Source of the DNA: Octopus sinensis
Lineage: Eukaryota
Length of the DNA: 39,235 nt
NCBI RefSeq assembly: GCF_006345805.1
Contig: NW_021835561.1
Coordinates: forward strand, 1 to 39,235
Direction of reading: 5' to 3'
This document shows positions 35,004-39,235 of the stretch, piece by piece. The position numbers were made by a program, and so were the translations under genes. The notes below the pieces were generated by a model that was not told the DNA's origin, did not search any database, and worked only from the letters and a program-made list of their open reading frames with translations. Numbering within the stretch: the stretch's first letter is position 1; each line of letters opens with the position of its first letter.

Positions 35004-36659
35004 CTGTTATACTAGTTTACAGAAGATATTCAAACAATACAAAAGAGGCGACGTAGAATGCCAGAAATATCCTCAAAATCAAGAAAAATCTAAATCTGTC
35101 GAAATGATTCTACAAAACATTTTGTAAGATTTCAGTTTATCAAACTTATCATTGAAATAAAATGTTATTTTGTTTAACAGTATTTTGTCTTCTGTCTCAT
35201 GATTCAACAAAACCCCAAATAAAGTACCACCATAGAATTATATCAGCTTTTCATGCACAGCCTTAGAAAATCTAATACTCGACGCTACTATCTCAGACAT
35301 CTTGGTTTTCAAATTACAACTCGGATTCTGACAAGGAGCCATGAACCGCTACATTACTTAGCACAGAACTTAACTAATTCTTTCAACAACAACCAGATAC
35401 TTCCACACAATCCATTCTATTTGCCGTTATTAATCAGGAAAGCTTTCCGTTCTATTCCTACCCCATATCTTATAAAACCTATTTATCGTCTACTTTAGAA
35501 ATATCACAAAATGTTCAATTTAAGCTTTCTGAGAATGTGGAATTTACACGATCAATCCCTCAAAAGACAGTATAAATGAGTAGTATGGTCCTGCCAACCT
35601 AAATCTATATCACAAAATTCCCACCTCTCTTCAAAATAAGATACAAAACGAAACTCGAAGAACACAACATACACATCATACACTAAACGCTGAATACAAA
35701 AATAAGAAAGGAAAGGAAATCAACCAGAGAAATTGCCTCATTTCAGCAGCAGAGATCATCAAATACGACGATTTCTTTCACTCATCTACGTAAACATACC
35801 AGAACCGAAGAAAGGATGGATCCTAGAAGCTGAAGACATTTCATGCGAAACGAATACAACACCCATAAAAGTGAGAGTAAAGAGAGCAAATATAGTCAGG
35901 GCAAGCACGGATGCTGTGTGTAAGAAGGCTGAGATGTTGTGACCGTCACGTTATATCCAATAGGATTCATGACAGTATGTTGGAGTGTGTCGAATATTTC
36001 TCTAGATTACAAATATTTTCTTGGTTGTAAATCGTAAACAATTGCAGAGAATACGGATGCTGGTAGATCTTCAAATTCATCTTTTGATTCAGCGGCATAA
36101 TTAGACAGTTAAAACGACCGCCATGTGCTTAAGCTGTACAGAGCATGCGCAGCTGCATATGCAACCCGCCATTACAATAGGAAAAATTATGGGACTTTGT
36201 TGAAATCTGACATGGAAGTAAGATTTATTTTGTAGCTTATTTCAAATTCACCTTATTTCGAGGGCCAAACTGAGAGTGTTACCCACACACACACACACAC
36301 AGACACACATACACATATATATATTAAATTAAGTCCAACTATATCTGAGGGGTCTAATATGCTTCATCTGAGAAAATTTAATCATAACTACGGAATTCCG
36401 CCATACATATGCAGTCCATACGGAAGGTGCACTTGCGAATTGAGTTTAAAATGGGAGACACTGTACCTGTATGTTTTGCTATGATTTATAAAACAAGAAG
36501 AAAAATATTCAAAGCTAGTGATAATGACTAGCTAAAAATATGTATGAATGTCTTTAATCGGTTTTAATAGAATATTTCTGGTCAACAGAAAGAGAGACGG
36601 CTTCTAACTTAGTTCCAAGTATCTTTCATTGGTATTTCAAGAACATGAACAGGATATTT

Positions 36660-37074
36660 TTGTATGCATGTATGTATGCATGTATGTATGTATGCATGTA
36701 TGTATGTATGTATGTATGTATGTATGTATGTATGTATGTATGTATGTATGTATGTATGCATGTATGTATGTATGTATGTATGTATGCATGTATGCATGTA
36801 TGTATGTATGCATGTATGCATGTATGTATGTATGTATGCATGAATGTATGTATGTATGTATGTATGTATGCATGTATGCATGTGAGTATGTATGTATGCA
36901 TGTATGCATGTATGTATGCATGTTTGTATGTATGTATGTATGTATGTATGTATGTATGTATGCATGTATGCATGTATGCATGTATATATGTATGTATGTA
37001 TGTATGTACGCATGTATGTATGTAAGCATGTATGTATGTATGCCTCTATCTATGTATTTATCCATGTATGCATG

Positions 37075-37108
<34 letters not shown>

Positions 37109-37145
37109 TGTATGTATGTATGTATGTATGCATGTATGTATGTCA
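36660..37145. repeat. (TATG)n tract
   Basis: Visible repeat. Confidence 0.95.
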
Positions 37146-37802
37146 GGTCACTTTCGTGTGCTACTGGTAACATGTAACCCAGTACAACCTGTTGCATTGT
37201 CGGGTCGTCGGCGACTAAACCGGCAACCCCACCAAGCTTGCTTGGTGAGGAGGGTGCTTATTGGACACCCTGCGGGATGAAAAACAAAACCGTCAAAGAC
37301 CGGAGGAACTCTTGAGGGTCAACAGCCATCCAAAAACTGTCTTAAGGCTGTATCTGCGGGGGACATAGAAAAATCGGACTGAATATCGAATCGCGCGGTT
37401 TAACCCATGGGAGTAAAGGACTCCTAGACTTTGTAAGGGCATCCTTCTAGGAGAAGGTAACTCAGGTAACTGGGAAACTCCGATAAAACCTGCGGCTCAG
37501 TGGTTACAGATGATGTTGACTTGTTTTTCTTTTCGGATTATGGCTGCTGTTGCGTAGTGACTGGGATTGACTTAATGCACAGCCTTTCCTCGCTTTAAAA
37601 AAAATTTTCATGCACAGGCATTGCAAGATAACAACATTGATGAAGCTTCGTGCAATGGCCCTACTCGATAACGAGGAGGCAGCCACCAAGTATGTATGTA
37701 TGTATGTATGGATGGATGGATGGTTGTAAGTATGTATGTATGTATGTATGTATGTGTATATGTGTCTATCGATATATACATGATTACATTCATACATACA
37801 TG

Positions 37803-38219
37803 GGTACCAGGTCTGTGGGTAGACCGATCTTGCGTTACAAGGATGTTTGCAAAAGGGATATGAAGGCCTGCAACATCAACATTAGCGGTTGGGAGGCAGT
37901 CGCCGGCAACCGTGGAGAGTGGCGACGTCCCGTACGGAAAGAGGGAGTACCAAGAGAGACAGAGAGAGAGAGGAGAATGGAAAGAAAGGAAGAGACATAA
38001 ACAAGAGACCATGGCCCTACACCAGCCAGGAACAGTCTCGCTACATTTGCGGTACCTGCCAGAGGGAGTGTTTGTCCAGGATAGGACTACACAGCCACAG
38101 CAAGAAATGTAACAGGAAATAAAATATAACAGCCGGACTAGACCTAGAAGAAAAAAAAAAAAAAAGAAAATGCGCAACTCCATTGTCTCCCGAGACAGAA
38201 AGGATGCGAAACAAACAAA
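37803..38219 (+). mobile_element. 5'-truncated RTE (BovB-like) LINE insertion with 17-bp TSD
   Basis: GRPILRYKDVCKRDMK...WE..A..R..WR and C-terminal CGTCQRECLSRIGLHSHSKKC, 3' end ccattgtctcccgagacagaaaggatgc. TSD acattcatacatacatg at 37786-37802 and 38220-38236. Site is empty in unit 2 (~23050). Confidence 0.85.
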
Positions 38220-38565
38220 ACATTCATACATACATGCATGCATACGTGTATACATACATAAATGTACGTATACATATATGCACGCATGTATGTATGTATG
38301 AAAGTATGTATGTATATATGTATGTGTGTATGCATGCATATATGCACGCATGTATGTATGTATGTATATATGTATGTATCTATGTATGTATGTATGGGTG
38401 GGTGGGAATTGGAAGGTTTTGATTTTGATATTCCCATAAAACTTTTCTAATCCGATTAACGCTTGTTGTGAAGAATCCAATCCGAACAGCGGACTTCATT
38501 AGATTAAGTCTTGCGATTACTGTGTGGGTTGAACGAAATACTTCCCACACTGAATATTAAAAACA

Positions 38566-39235
38566 GTGTGGTGTTGTGTGTGTGTGTGGTGTGTGGTGTG
38601 AGTGTATGTGTGTGGTGTGTGTGTGTTGTGTGTGTGTGGGTGAGTGTATGTGTGCGTTGTGTGAAGTGTGTGTGCGTGTGTGTGTCAGTGTATGTGTGGT
38701 GTGTGTGTGTTTGTCAGTGTGTGTGTTGTGAGTGAGTGTGTGTGTGTTTGTGTGCGTCAGTGTATGTGTGCCGTGTGGGGAGTGTGTGTGTGTGCATGTG
38801 TGTGTGTCAGTGTGTGTGTGTGTGGGGGGTGCGTTGTAGTGTGGGTTGTGTCAGTGTGTGTGTCAGTGTATGTGCGTATGTCGGTGTGTGTGTGAGTGTC
38901 TGTGTGTGAGTGTGTGTGCATGTGTGTGTGTCAGTGTGTGTGGTGTGGTGTGAAGTGTGTGTGTGTTTGTCAGTGTGTGCGTGTTGTGCATCAGTGTGTG
39001 TGTGTGTGTTTGTGTGGTGTGTGTGTGTTTGTGTTTGTATGTGTGGTGTGAGTGTGTGTATGTGGTGTGCGTGTGTGTGTATGACAATGTATGTGTGTGT
39101 GTGTATCAGTGTGTGCGTGAGTGTGTGAGTGTTGTGTGCGGGAGTGTAGGTGTGTGTGTGTTAGTGTGTGTGTGTGCGAGTGTGTGTGGGTGTGGGTGTC
39201 AGTGTGTAAGTGCGTGTGTGTGTCTGTGTGTCAGT
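38566..39235. repeat. Degenerate (TG)n tract at the unit 3/next unit boundary
   Basis: Equivalent to 23566-24045; runs off the window. Confidence 0.95.

Noticed and set aside
1-39235. CRISPR arrays, rRNA, true tRNA genes or prokaryotic systems
   Set aside because: No regularly spaced repeat-spacer array or rRNA-like sequence. The tRNA-like A/B boxes belong to SINE heads, and the DNA is intron-containing eukaryotic sequence.

Overview
Eukaryotic, microsatellite-rich genomic DNA, most likely from an octopus (coleoid cephalopod), judged from my recognition of Octopus-type tRNA-derived SINEs and the (CA)n/(TA)n/(TATG)n/(TATC)n landscape. The window is a head-to-tail tandem array with a period of about 13-15.4 kb. 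It holds three + strand copies of a four-exon gene, and a fourth unit probably starts just past the right edge. The reconstructed ~256-aa product is an N-terminal signal anchor/TM segment, a short charged stalk and a 10-Cys C-terminal domain (YTRWGRTTCP...GGGSNLLCLP...CYPGWTAEYSGYLM...CGSLPCPPY...CVVCSKY). That domain resembles the spongin short-chain collagen (SSCC, 'short-chain collagen C4-like') NC1 domain, but no Gly-X-Y collagen repeat is present. Every copy has a different disabling lesion. Copy 1 has a lost splice donor, a TGA and a 1-nt frameshift. Copy 2 has only a single TGG>TAG, which A-to-I editing could in principle reverse. Copy 3 has a 20-nt deletion. Differences between copies cluster in short aromatic/charged patches on an invariant Cys scaffold. 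Introns and spacers carry a non-autonomous Helitron, a decayed antisense RTE-clade LINE, several SINEs, hammerhead-like Penelope-type tails, a copy-specific RTE insertion with a 17-bp TSD, a local inversion and long simple repeats. Most ORFs in the supplied track are microsatellite artefacts. All alignments were done by eye, and repeat boundaries are approximate.
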